Source: Halocafeteria seosinensis (lineage: Eukaryota). Taken from it: a DNA stretch of 40,348 nucleotides. The notes beneath the pieces were generated by a model. It searched no databases and was not told where the DNA came from. It worked only from the letters and a program-made list of their open reading frames with translations. Position 1 is the first letter of the stretch, and each line of letters begins with the position of its first letter. Shown piece after piece: positions 1-11,687 of the stretch. The position numbers and the translations under genes were made by a program. Location of the stretch: the NCBI GenBank assembly GCA_001687465.1, contig LVLI01000154.1:124001-164348 (forward strand), given 5' to 3'.

Positions 1-1
1 T

Positions 2-1414
2 GCGGCTGCTTCCCACGGTGCATTCTTCCAGTCCCAAGATGTGTCTACTCTTGCCGGTAACATTGAACAGGGTCACGGTCCGACCATTCTTGACGTTGTC
101 TGGAGGTTGTGGAAGTTGGACTTAGACAAGGAATTGAACGTCAGATCGAAGCCTGAGTTGTTGCTCTTAGCGAAGCATAGTGAAAGTGCAAAAGATATGG
201 TATCCCTGTCCCCGCAGGATATACTGTTGCGGTGGATTAATCATCATATTAGTCGATCCTCTTTTGAAGTCAAACCGGTGAAGAACGTCGAGGACGTCGA
301 TCTCCCGACTTGCGCTGCGCTCTTGTTGGAAGTCGCTCCGGACTATTGTGGAGATGTTCCCAAATCCGAGGAGGAAGTTCGACGACTCAGTGGCGGGGAT
401 GAAGATACGGTTGAAGACCTGGCTAACAAAATTCTCGCTGCGGGTTTCGGCGCAGGAGTGCCTAGCTGGTTTACCAGCGGCACATTCGTTCCACCTAATG
501 GTCGATTACAGTATGCATTTCTGGCATATCTCTTGCAAAATTCTCCTGGTTTGGACTACGACACAAAGAAAAGGACAACGTCGACCTCCAATCGCCGGGC
601 AACTCAAATGTCGGCCGATGTGGATACGTTGAAAGCAGAGCTGGCGGACATCTCTGGAGACCAAGACGCTGCTGGAACGAAAGAATTACGAACATTCACC
701 ACCTGGATCAATAGTCTTGGCATTAAAAGCGTCCATGTCAATGATTTGGTAGCAGATGTGTCGGATGGTTTGATGCCGTTACGAGTCATCAATCATGTCG
801 AGGAAGGGATCGTCAACTGGAAGCGTGTCAATAAACGACCCAAGAGTCGATTTCAACGCGTGGAAAACTGTAACTACCTCATCACTTTAGGACAAGCCAT
901 GGACTTCCACTTGGTCAACGTCGGTGGTTTAGATTTTGTTGACGGTAATGCCAAAATAGTGCAAGGATTTGTCTGGCAGCTTATGCGGCACCATACTCTG
1001 AAGCTATTATCCCAGATCGCCTTTGATGGATTCGGTGCTGACGAGGCCGATATTCTCCAATGGGCGAATGATACCGTGAAGGAGGCAAATGGGGGTGATA
1101 ATCCAGGGCTGATAAGGAGTTTTAAAGATCCCAAGTTGTCGACTGGTATATATCTTCTAACCCTCCTCTCGCAAGTACGTCCTGTAATTAATTGGGATTT
1201 AGTTACTTCCGGTCAAAGCGATGAAGATAAGGAAAGGAACGCGAAGTACCTACTCAGTGCCGCGCGCAAGATGGGTGCGATAGTGTTTTGTACCTGGGAT
1301 GATATCGTCGAAGTAAATTCTCGTATGATAATGCTTTTCGTCGCATCCATAATGGTTATTTATAACGAGATCCACGGGTCATACCAGGAGGCATCCGGAG
1401 AAGAGTCTGACTGA
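2..1414 (+). CDS. Fimbrin/plastin-family actin-bundling protein, 5'-partial (calponin-homology domains)
   Basis: The frame is open from base 2 to TGA at 1412-1414. Fimbrin CH motifs are present: LSPQDILLRWINHH, ELRTFTTWINSLG, RVENCNYLITLGQ, LVNVGGLDFVDGNAKIVQGFVWQLMR, NAKYLLSAARKMGA. Confidence 0.9.
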   Translation, partial: AAASHGAFFQSQDVSTLAGNIEQGHGPTILDVVWRLWKLDLDKELNVRSKPELLLLAKHSESAKDMVSLSPQDILLRWINHHISRSSFEVKPVKNVEDVDLPTCAALLLEVAPDYCGDVPKSEEEVRRLSGGDEDTVEDLANKILAAGFGAGVPSWFTSGTFVPPNGRLQYAFLAYLLQNSPGLDYDTKKRTTSTSNRRATQMSADVDTLKAELADISGDQDAAGTKELRTFTTWINSLGIKSVHVNDLVADVSDGLMPLRVINHVEEGIVNWKRVNKRPKSRFQRVENCNYLITLGQAMDFHLVNVGGLDFVDGNAKIVQGFVWQLMRHHTLKLLSQIAFDGFGADEADILQWANDTVKEANGGDNPGLIRSFKDPKLSTGIYLLTLLSQVRPVINWDLVTSGQSDEDKERNAKYLLSAARKMGAIVFCTWDDIVEVNSRMIMLFVASIMVIYNEIHGSYQEASGEESD

Positions 1415-1753
1415 ATTTGTACACAAACTGGGCTTTAACAAACGCCATCGACCATACATAAATAAGACGCATGATTTTAATTCCTTGTAAATTCTTTAAG
1501 TTACCGCAAAATCTCTAAAGGTTGAGCTTCCGTTTTAATATTACTTAAAAAAACATAATATGATCGGAAGTCACCATACGCTAATAGCTACGGTGAGTGC
1601 CGCGTGTAAACTAACACAGGAAGCACACCTAAAGAATCCGGTTTAGAACAGTACACCAGGGAATGCCACTTTCCATCGAGGTTAAGACCTGATGTACAAA
1701 AACAAAACGGTAAGCCATCCCCTCTATCCGAACAATAAAGCATGGACCGCTCT

Positions 1754-3252
1754 TTACTGTTCTACATCCTCCACAGCGGTATCATCACCCTTTTCTCCTT
1801 CTTCACCATTATCACTTGTCCACAGAGTAAGGTTGTCACGGATGAGTTGCATAATCAAGGTAGCATCCTTGTATTGCTCTTCCTGTAAGCTGTCCAACTC
1901 ACTGATAGCTTCGTCAAATGCCGTCTTGGCAAGGGTGCAAGCTTCTTGGGGCATGGACAAGATCTCGTAAAAGAAGACAGAGTAATTTAATGCTAATCCC
2001 AAGCGGATAGGATTGGTAGGCGGGAGTCCTTCGGTAGAGGCTGTCTTGCTGGCTTCTTCGTATCTTTCTTTGGCTTTTTCGGCCTGCAAAGCAAAAAGAC
2101 ATCTCATTAGTCGAAATCTACTACGTGATGGAAAAGCACAACACAACTTACCTTCTCTTTTCGGTCATCACCGGTCGAGAACTCTGCCAAATAACGATAG
2201 TAGTCACCAGCCATTTTCAAGTAGAAAACCTTGCCTTCGGCTGTCTTGTCTTCGGGCAACAGATACTCTTCCAATACAGAGAGAAGTTCCTTGCAGATTT
2301 CTTCGAGTTCATTTTCTACCTTTTTGCGATAGTCAGTTATAGCTTGTACTTTGTCCGGGTCATCTCTTTCTTTCTCCTTGGCTTCAATCGATGAAAGTAC
2401 ACGCCAAGATGCACGGCGGGCACCTACGACGTTCTTGTAAGCTACGGAGAGCAGGTTCCTCTCCTCCACATTGAGCTGAACCTTAAGCTCAGCAAGGGAC
2501 TTTACTTTTTGTACCATGTCATCATAGCGCTCGGCCTCTTCGGCCAGCTTGGCCTGCACACAAACAACGAACATACCGTCAAGATGCAGTTATACACAGT
2601 GCATGATTACGGTGCAATAGAGGCGTTCCGTTGAGGTCTAGGCAACTTCAAACGCAGGCTATTTTTTGATATCCAGCAATGGCACGTCCTTTCACCCCTG
2701 GCAAAAACCTCCGGAACATTCCTTGCTAGTCCTTCCTGGCCTTCCTTTGTCCTCATAGATGCCAGAGATGGTCTAAACAAGCAGATATCGTATATTCCAC
2801 CCTGGCCGTTAACATCCAGAGATCCCTCGAGTTCCGAGACCCCTATACTGTTCCCCTTCAGCCTTGCCCTCCGCCCTTTTTGTCGTTTTCCCCTGGGTTC
2901 CCATGTATCCACAAAAAGACCCGCGGGCTCCCTCCCGGGGGAAACCAAGGGGCCAATAAAAGTGGGGGCCCAAGTGAGAGACCCCTCTCCCCCAAACACC
3001 TCAAAAAAAGGTGGAGAAAAAAGCCAGAGGCGTCTCATTTCCCCTTGCCATTTACCACATCACTGGCTTTTGATTCCCAGTGATTCAAACAATAAAGGGT
3101 TCATTTTCCTTCCCTCTATCCACCAGATACTCCAGAAGGAGCAAAGAGAGCCGCATTTATGCGCAAAATAGGGATATCTTTCGTGCTTGTATCGTTCAAC
3201 TAGCGCCAAAACTTACCATGTACACGAGGTTTTCTCTATCACTCTGTGGCAT
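1754..3252 (-). CDS. 14-3-3 protein, about 255 aa; exons 3252-3217, 2553-2152, 2083-1754
   Basis: The spliced product reads [26 protein letters not shown]...[22 protein letters not shown]...GDYYRYLAE...[21 protein letters not shown]...[14 protein letters not shown]. Introns are GT-AG, 663 and 68 nt. Exon 1 is not in the ORF track. Confidence 0.96.
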
Positions 3253-4331
3253 TTTGTTCACAAGTATCTTCTCAAAGAAAGAAAGAAGAGAAAGAACAGA
3301 CTCTTAAAATACTGGTCTCTATGTAGAAAATCCCTGCAGATACTTCTGTCAAACCAATTCGTTTCGTACCGTATCCCTTTCGTCACCAAGGGGAAACAAT
3401 TAAAGCAAGTGAACGCCCGGGGGAGGGATTTTTCCAAGGGGAAGATAAAGGGGAACAAAAAGGCTTTTGATCCGAGTTGAAGACCCACCGAAATGTTTGT
3501 CGACTTCAACTTAAGAGTGTAACTTCAACGTGGGAATCCAAGGATTCCTGTGGAATCCAAAGTTTTCTGGAATGCCCTGTTTGATAAGCCATCTCAGTAA
3601 CTTTGTTGGTGGAGTGGTATGATATTCGCGTTAGAACCGGTAGTATTTCCTAGGACGACAGACGGACGTTTTTGTGTTTGCAACAACCTGAGTCCCAAAT
3701 CGGGTAGCTTCAGTTGACCACGCCCGTTCTTTAAGGGTGTAACAAGATTCTGAGAGAGGCCGTATCTAACGAGAGAAAGCGGACACGGGGAGACTGTAGC
3801 TGTGCAGGGTTGTTCATGTTTGGTGAGAAGCCCGCGCCTGTTAAGCTGCAGCTGTTGAGATCATAATGAAGACGTAGTTGTGCATTGATCAGCAGTGTTT
3901 CCATATGGTTGCCAGCATCAGCTCTTTGGAAGCCACTGGATATAGTCCATGTTGGAAACATGCGTCGTCAGTACATTCCTGTAGCGCCAAACTTGAGGAC
4001 CTAAGGCGTCAGGAACTGGGAACTGGCCAGGCTGAAAAATACCTAATCATGAGGTTTCTATCTGAGTAGTCTCCATAAGATTCGTTTTGTACGAGCTGTT
4101 CAACTCTAGCATTGGTAGTTCAGTTGCTGCTATGTCTATGTACTTGTTTCCCTCGAAAGAATTCACGCAACACTTTCTACTACCACTGTAAGTTAGTCTG
4201 TAACTACAAGGCAGTAGATAGGGAATGTGATGTTGAATTGTTTCCCTCTTTATATTATGCATGTATGTATTTATTCTAGATAGAGCTCCTGTTGTTGATT
4301 TCTGTATTTGATCAGCTGTATACGAGCTATA

Positions 4332-5593
4332 ATGAACGGCGGGGCAGCGGCGAAAGCCATTGCAACTCCCGGAGATCAGGTACGCTTTAAGCCGCCGTAT
4401 ATATGCGTGTTCCACACCATTCTATCCCCTTCTCCGAAAGCGCAGAAGAACCAAGATGCTACGGCATTTGTAGGGAACCTCGATATACAGGTGGATGAGG
4501 AGCTACTGTGGGAATTAATGGTGCAAGTGGGCCCCATTGCCTCCGTGTTTATGCCCAAAGACCCAGTTTCTAATCAACATAGGGTACGTGATTTTGCCAT
4601 AAGGTAGGCTGTTATCCTCTCATTATTGTCGGAATGTCTTGCGCCTTTTCCACGAAATGAACAGGGTTTTGGATTTGTCGAATTTAGAGGGGAAAGGGAT
4701 GCAGAATATGCGATAAAAGTGATGAATATGGTGAAATTGTTTGGGAAACCTATCCGAGTCAACAAGGCGTCAGCCGATAAGAAGAGCTTGGAAGTAGGCG
4801 CAAATCTGTTTATAGGAAATCTTGATCCCGAAGTGGATGAAAAGCTTTTATACGATACATTTAGTGCCTTTGGAGGCATCATAGAAACACCCAAGGTAAG
4901 ACGATTGGTTACACGTATATTCTATTATGCCTTCCTCATAATCCTTCAAATTTCTATCTTTGTCGATCTCAGGTGGGACGAGATATTGAAACAGGCAATA
5001 GCCGAGGCTACGGTTTTGTTAAGTTCGATAGTTTTGAAGCTAGCGATGCTGCAATCGAAGCGATGAACGGACAGTACCTCGCGAACCGACAAATCATTGT
5101 ACAGTATGCGTTCAAACAAGACTCTCCGGGTGAAAGACATGGCACAGAAGCTGAAAGGGCCTTGGCACGTTCCAGAAATCGGACCGGTGCTCAAAGACTC
5201 AAGCCACACACGCGATTCGCGGCAGCTCCTGGTGAAGTTACATCAACAAGTTCTTCACAGCAGCCGATGGTCGGACAAGCAAGCACCGCTGCAGCTCCGA
5301 AATATGCTCCTCCTCCAGTTCCACAAAACTATCAGCCACCACCAATGCCAGCCAATGCTGTTGCTCCAGGGAGCTTCGGNGGGTTTTATGGAGCACCACC
5401 ACAGCAGCCTCCTCCACCCCCACCGATGCCTCAACAGTGGCCACAACAGCCGCAGCAACAGCAATACTATGGAGGAAGTCAGATGCCGCAGCAGATGCCT
5501 TACGGCGGAATGCCGAATTACCAAGCAAATCCCCCACAAATGCATCAGCCACCACCGCCCCCACCTCCTCCTCCATCAAATCCGAACTCGTAA
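4332..5593 (+). CDS. SF3B4: Splicing factor 3B subunit 4 (SAP49/Hsh49), two RRMs plus Pro/Gln-rich tail; exons 4332-4379, 4446-4583, 4665-4895, 4973-5593
   Basis: Motifs [80 protein letters not shown] and [13 protein letters not shown] match SF3B4. Three GT-AG introns (66, 81, 77 nt). Confidence 0.95.
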
Positions 5594-5640
5594 TTGCAAT
5601 AAACATGATACCATTTCTGAAATATTTTGCACGACTACCC

Positions 5641-6989
5641 TTACGAATCTTTGGAACCCGAAGAAGGATCTTCTTTGGGGACTTGACTCTCTTCATCATT
5701 CACCTCTTGCTGGTAGGTCTCCTCCACGAGATCCTCCACAGTTTGCGGGTATTTTAAAAAGGCAATAACTGCCGTGGTATCGTCGACGACATCTTCCTCT
5801 TCATTCCACCTTTCAACGCTTGCTTGGACCAAAGCATTACAGGCCGCTTGTGGGCCACCCTTCATGTGGTGTCTAACGATGTCTACAGCCTCCTGAGAAC
5901 TCAAAAATTCCCAGACACCATCTGAGGCCCAGATAATAAATTTGTCCGACGAGCTCAATGTAACTTCACTCAATTCTGGTACAGCGAAAACACCAATAGA
6001 CTGCGCACATTGGTCTCCAAAGCTGCGGCTCATGGCAAGGCCAGGCATGTCTGCGTTCTTTAACCATACTCGCGGGACCCCCCACTCAAAGACTCGCCCG
6101 CCATTACTCTCTATACGTTTTTTCTCGTCAGCACGGTCAGGTTTATGGTCGCTAGTTAGATCAATAGCATGATATGCTTTCTCAGACTCTCTGGCGAGAA
6201 CGGCACGACTGTCTCCCACGTTTGCGAAATACAACTTATTGCCTCGAAAGAACGAACTGCAAGCAGTACTCCCACTTAAGTAGCAGTCACATTCTCCAAA
6301 GATCAATTCCTCATTCGTTTGTTTACACCCTTCGACCATCGCATCAAACAGACTAGTATCCAAATTATTATCGATCCAACAATGTGGTAGTCGCTCTGTA
6401 AGATATCTAGATGCATGAGTACCTTGCGGTCCGTGTCCGTCAAAGACTCCCACAAACAACTGGTCAGCTGTGTGGTCAAAAGAAAAGGCCAAAGTTATTA
6501 GCATACAGATCAATGAATTAACTAGGCTACGTACATTTACCACCGTAGTTGTCGATGACAACGTACGAGTCTTGATTCTCCTTGATATTTTTCATGGGAT
6601 CGTTTCCAGGCCGCGAATACTCCCCCCATCGGATGGGGAGGCTCTGAGATCTGTACCCTTTACCATACCCCTTGACAATGCTCCCCCCTTCTTCTTCGTT
6701 CGAGTTTTCTCTGCACGCGCAACATACGACGGTGGGCAATATCGTCCTCGTTCCGACCCACGGAGGCAAGTATAACTCACTTCAGCGTCCTCAAAGCATC
6801 TGTTTTCGGTGTCGTCACCACAGATAGTCTTCGGCGCCTCGCTGCATCTTTGGCAGGGATGGCTTTCGAGCCTGCAGGCCCTCCGATAACGCTCAGCCTC
6901 CTCCCATGTGGTAAATAATCGGCCCCCACTACATGTCGAGGCTGATTCGGCGCCGCCGCCACAGGCGCGCTCGAAAGACATGCGCCCAT
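5641..6989 (-). CDS. Protein phosphatase 2C (PPM family) with an N-terminal acylation motif; exons 6989-6781, 6710-6541, 6467-5641
   Basis: PP2C motifs KENQDS, FVGVFDGHG, ANVGDSRAVL, DHKPD, GLAMSRSFGD, ASDGVWE and DDTT. N-terminus MGACLSS. Two frame-preserving GT-AG introns (70, 73 nt). Confidence 0.93.
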
Positions 6990-7587
6990 TCTTCACTTAT
7001 AAGTCGTCCACCACCTCCACAAGTGCCCAATTACCGTGTATAGATGCCAAACAAGTCAATACAGAAGGAACTGCGCTTGTCTTGCCTACGAATACCGGAT
7101 GAACGGCTCTTGCCAACGAGCGGATGGATCGAAACCTGCCTGCATGCTGGGGGTAACGGGATTCTAACGCACGAGCTCGTTGCTTTCGTTGAGGACGAGG
7201 GATGTTCTAGGAATCAGGAAATAAGCTGAAAGGATAAGTACTTAAAGCTATGCTCTTCCATTGTTTATTTAACAGGAATGTTAAGACTATGGGACTTGCC
7301 TAGTTGTTAAGGTGTATGTATACGTTGTAGCACAGCCTGCTGCACAGGATGAATGCGATTGGTGACCCAGTCTCAGAATATGCAAGTGGTATCCTTCTTA
7401 GATGGTTTCATCTTCATGTTGATTCCCACTTGTTAGAGGATGCTTTGCATGTCGTACCGGTGAACACTCCCGGAAAACAAAGCATATCATACAACTAAAC
7501 CACATTATCATCCGTATGAGATCCCGGAGCAAACTAAAAGCCCATAGAGCGGATATATGATCACGCTGATGTTCGTAATAGAATTGA

Positions 7588-9959
7588 TTACGAACGGGAG
7601 GACTCACTCGATTCATTAAGCCGCCTTTGCCACTCATCCATATTATTCTGCAAACCAAACCCGAAAGAGGTGATCACGCCCGTCGCAACAGAGCGTAATG
7701 AAGAAACTCCATACCTGTAAATAGTTCAGCGGTTCAGAAACGTCTACAGTAGGAACACGTCCAAGCTCCTCAAACAATGGAAATACGATCGCTTTAAGGA
7801 ATCCCATCTGAAACTTGGGCAAAGGTATCGGATGCTCGCGGTCCAGCATGGGGGTTACTTCCAAACCCCTTTCTCGTTCCATATCGCCCTGGCGGTAATA
7901 CTCAGTTAAAAGCCAGTCAACCCACTGAAGGTAAATATCCCATGGTTTAGTAGGCTGCAAGCAGACAAGTAACCATAGCGATACATTTTGATGTTGAGCA
8001 ATACTAAAACTCAAAACTTACATTGCTCACATCAGCAGCATGGAGCATTATTTGCATTACAAGTTCTTGACCGGATTCATCATGAAGCAAGGCACCAACG
8101 GCCTCGTTACTATTTTCGCCACATCCTGAGTCTTGACTAGTCATGCTCGATCGACTAAGTTCAGGCGTTGAACCACGTTTGTGAGCCAATCTGGATCCCT
8201 GCCGGTTTACCGGGCTCTTAACGTCCTGACTTCCACGTCTCGGGGATGCCTCACCTGATGGACTACCCTCGGAAACCACCGAGCAAAATGCTTGGCTGGA
8301 GGGGGTCACCCAGCTATCAATTTTCTGGGTCAAATCAGCAAGGTTCTTGAAGTGCGACGCATTATCGGTGCCGAGGACAATCCTAATAGCGTTTGAACGA
8401 AACGACCAACGCTGCTCCCCACTGAGACCACTGAGCGCATCAAATCCATTACATTGCATTATGCGAAAAGCAAGTGCCACATGCATATTCTCCAAGGGCG
8501 AGGAGTCATTATAGGTTATAGCAAGAGGATGCGATGTTGACACCAAAAAGGCGTTGTTGACACCGGGATGGCCGACATCATGAATTGCTGCCGAAATGAG
8601 CATAATATACTGCTGCAATGGTGTCATCCACTGATGCACATCCCCTCTCTTAGTCAGCGCATACACAGTTTGGGTCACATCGGCAACATGAGTTGAATTA
8701 TGGTATGGATTATCCAAATAACAGTCCTCAACAGCGGCAATAAACTTTTGTACCTGAACTTTATCTAATTCAAGTTGCGAACATAGATTCTCAGTTGAAA
8801 TACATTGCCACGCGGTCAAGCGTAGCGGTCGCCCTGGGGCTGCTTCTCTCAGCTGAAAGACATTAAACTCCCACGATTCCACTCTATCCAGAATCTTGTG
8901 AGCAGCAAAACTAATTTGACCAAGAGGATCCGGCGGCACCACTTTTTTCTGCTGATTTCGGTTATCATGTTGCACCGTAAACGATCGATGATTTTCAGAA
9001 CCCTCCCCGTGAGTAAAAGATCCCCTCTGGCCAGCGGGAATAGACTGCTGCCGGACTGCGTGGTGAGACTTAGAGGACCTTGCCAGAGGAACTGTAGACG
9101 GAGCCGAATCCCGCCGACCCGCAGCAAGTTCAAGCGATTTCAATTTTTTGGTCGCCTCATTGATTTGTTGTGACACTTCTGTGGGCAATGATGCGTACTT
9201 TGCGGCCCTGTCCAGATAATCCTGGCCAAGGGACCGGTAGCTTCCTGCATGAGCCCTTTGACTCCAGCTCGACCCGCTGCTAGGGGTAAATGAATCCAGT
9301 AAATACTGCTGAACAAGGGGATCATCTGTTTCCGCACTGTTCAAAATGGTCCGTTCGACTGATGTCGGATCGCTCACGGCGTGCAACGCCAACTGTATCG
9401 AGCGCCCTAGGGCGACAATTTCATCCGTTGACATACTTGCCGTGCCATCAGTCGAGTTTTGAGCCGTGAAATACAGTTGTGATATCACTCCGAGAGCGGT
9501 TGCCGCCGCAGGATTCCTATTCTTTTCAGCAACCCTCATATTCTCTCCTTGAGGCTCTCCTGGAAAACGGAAATCGGGAACGGATGCACTCCTTGATTGT
9601 CGAGCTCTAGGGCTCGGCCAGCTGGCATTATGTCCATAATTTGCCGTGAATGTATTCACCGATCTTCTTCTTGCGCGCATAATGCGCTGCTTAAGTAACT
9701 CTGAGGAAGCATTAAATCGGCCAAAGGATGCATCGTCAGGGAACTCGTGCCCAAATCGAGTAGACGAAGCATTTGTTTCCGTTATTATCGGTTCCACATT
9801 CGCGGAGCTATCTGTTGCCGTGAATGTGCTGCTGGACCCGCTACTTGTCGCGGCATCATATGGCTGATGGCGCAGGGGTGATTCTCCACTGACCGTTCGT
9901 TTTCCCGGGTGAACAGGAGGTGGCGGCGGTGGAGGAGGAGCTCGCGATTGCTCCGCCAT
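7588..9959 (-). CDS. Class I 3',5'-cyclic-nucleotide phosphodiesterase; exons 9959-8022, 7954-7715, 7647-7588
   Basis: PDEase_I motifs NPYHNSTHVADVTQ, AAIHDVGHPGVNNAFL, YNDSSPLENMH, HAADVSN|PTKPW, EYYRQGDMER and FQMGF. Two 67-nt GT-AG introns. Confidence 0.94.
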
Positions 9960-11132
9960 TTTTAAAATATTCGGATACAAAATAATACAAAATTGGGTTG
10001 TTGCTGAATACCAAATGTGGCGTATCTGCCCAAAGCTTCAACACCTGGCGCTGAACTAACGTCGAGAGCGTTCCGTACACTGCAGATGAAGCACCATTCG
10101 ACATGAACACTGAAATGACTGCCACATACTCAATAAAACTGGTACACCAAATTTGAAATATACGACGTATGCGTCCCACATATAGGCTTCAAGCCAGATC
10201 TGCCCCTCTTCGACCCACGGTGTAACTTTACCCGCGTTTTCACTCTTCTCCGAATGCGTACAACCATACGCATTCCGGCTCATCACCACCCCTTTTCACC
10301 CAACTACACCGTCAACAGGCTTTCAGAGTCTCAAAGAGCATCTATGGAGGTAAATAGACGCAAGTTGATGTTGTGGCCGACGAAGGAGCTCGTACCTTTT
10401 TTGTCCCCTTTAGGGGGCCCCCTTCAGCACAACGTTTGCTCAGCTATTAGTGGTATGATATGAGAGCCTCGTTTTAACTCATGCACGTCCAAAGACGAGC
10501 TACCGCGTATTGCGAAACGAAGCGAAGGTGATTCCATCGTCTTCCCTTTGATGAACTACACCAATCACGGTTATAACACTGTCAGCAGGTGGAGTCAAAT
10601 ACCCTGTGACTTAACTGCACTTCAACCGTCTCACCCGAAGGAATTCATATTCGCGGTTTGTACCCGGTTGTTGGCCAATTTATTTTTATTTTATTTTTTT
10701 TGGGGTGGGGAATTCTTACGAGTGGTACTAGAAAAGGCAACGGGACGGCTTGAATATGGGCTGTGTGCATTTATTCACTCGCCGTTTGCGTACACCTGTT
10801 CGACTGTTCAGCAAACATGGAATTCTAAGTCAGCATTATCAAGTCCCAAATTGGACTCCCAACCAAAAGGCGGCACTAGGAAAATATAAAACGAAAGAGC
10901 CTGGAGAAGACTTGTACTTTCCGATGAAGCAAAGAAACAGATCAAACAATTTTCCAATAAGTAGCTGACATAAAATCTCATCCAATCCTCAACCGCTTCG
11001 CCGTTAACCTCCTCCGATATTGAGAAGTCGATGTCAAAGTGGAAGTCGGGAGGCTTGCTAGGACTGGCAGGACATGCCCCGCCAAACATTTGTTTCCAAC
11101 GAGTACGTCTTCAAGGGTTTTCGTAAAGCTCT

Positions 11133-11422
11133 TCAACCCTGATTATCATCATCACCACTGCCCCGTATTCTTTTTTGGCTATAGTTGCATACCTCGCAGT
11201 GCTCCTGTTCTTTAGCCTCTCGTTCCAGCTCCATTTGAACGGGGCGATGCATCCTCTGGACAACAGCACAGGCGTATTCTAGTAGATAGCTTTCAAGGAT
11301 AAGGAACCATCACGTACTTGCCACTCTGAATGCTGGGTGTAATGCACAAAAGCCACGATCCCCCCGGTGACCAGACATGTTGCCGCCAAAGTCCATATCG
11401 CTTTCCTTATGCGCGCCGACAT
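11133..11422 (-). CDS. PET117: PET117-like cytochrome c oxidase assembly factor, 75 aa; exons 11422-11318, 11255-11133
   Basis: Hand-spliced product MSARIRKAIWTLAATCLVTGGIVAFVHYTQHSEWQ|RMHRPVQMELEREAKEQEHCE... has a hydrophobic N-terminal segment followed by the VHxxQ-x5-RMHxxV pattern of Pet117. The intron is 62 nt, GTACGT...CAG. Confidence 0.72.
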
Positions 11423-11687
11423 CTTACCCTATTCAGGTCATATTTATCTGTGCATTATTTGGTCGCTGCCCCTGTGCAAATACGACGCACCACATCGGCC
11501 TTCGTGCTCGGTGACAACCCCTTGCACAGTAATGTTAATAGCACGTAAGAGCCGTGATTCCGTCTGTGAACTCAGCCAATCTCTGTCCTTTTTGGCTTTT
11601 GTTGCCATACTACGCGTAAATGAGCGATTGTTGTAATATTTTTTTTCTCTCATTTTGGGATGGGGAGCTTGCTGAGGGAATAATAAT

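Noticed and set aside
2607..3038. 143-aa minus-strand ORF inside the 14-3-3 intron
   Set aside because: It has a non-ATG start, no recognisable motif, and is explained by stop-poor GC-run composition.
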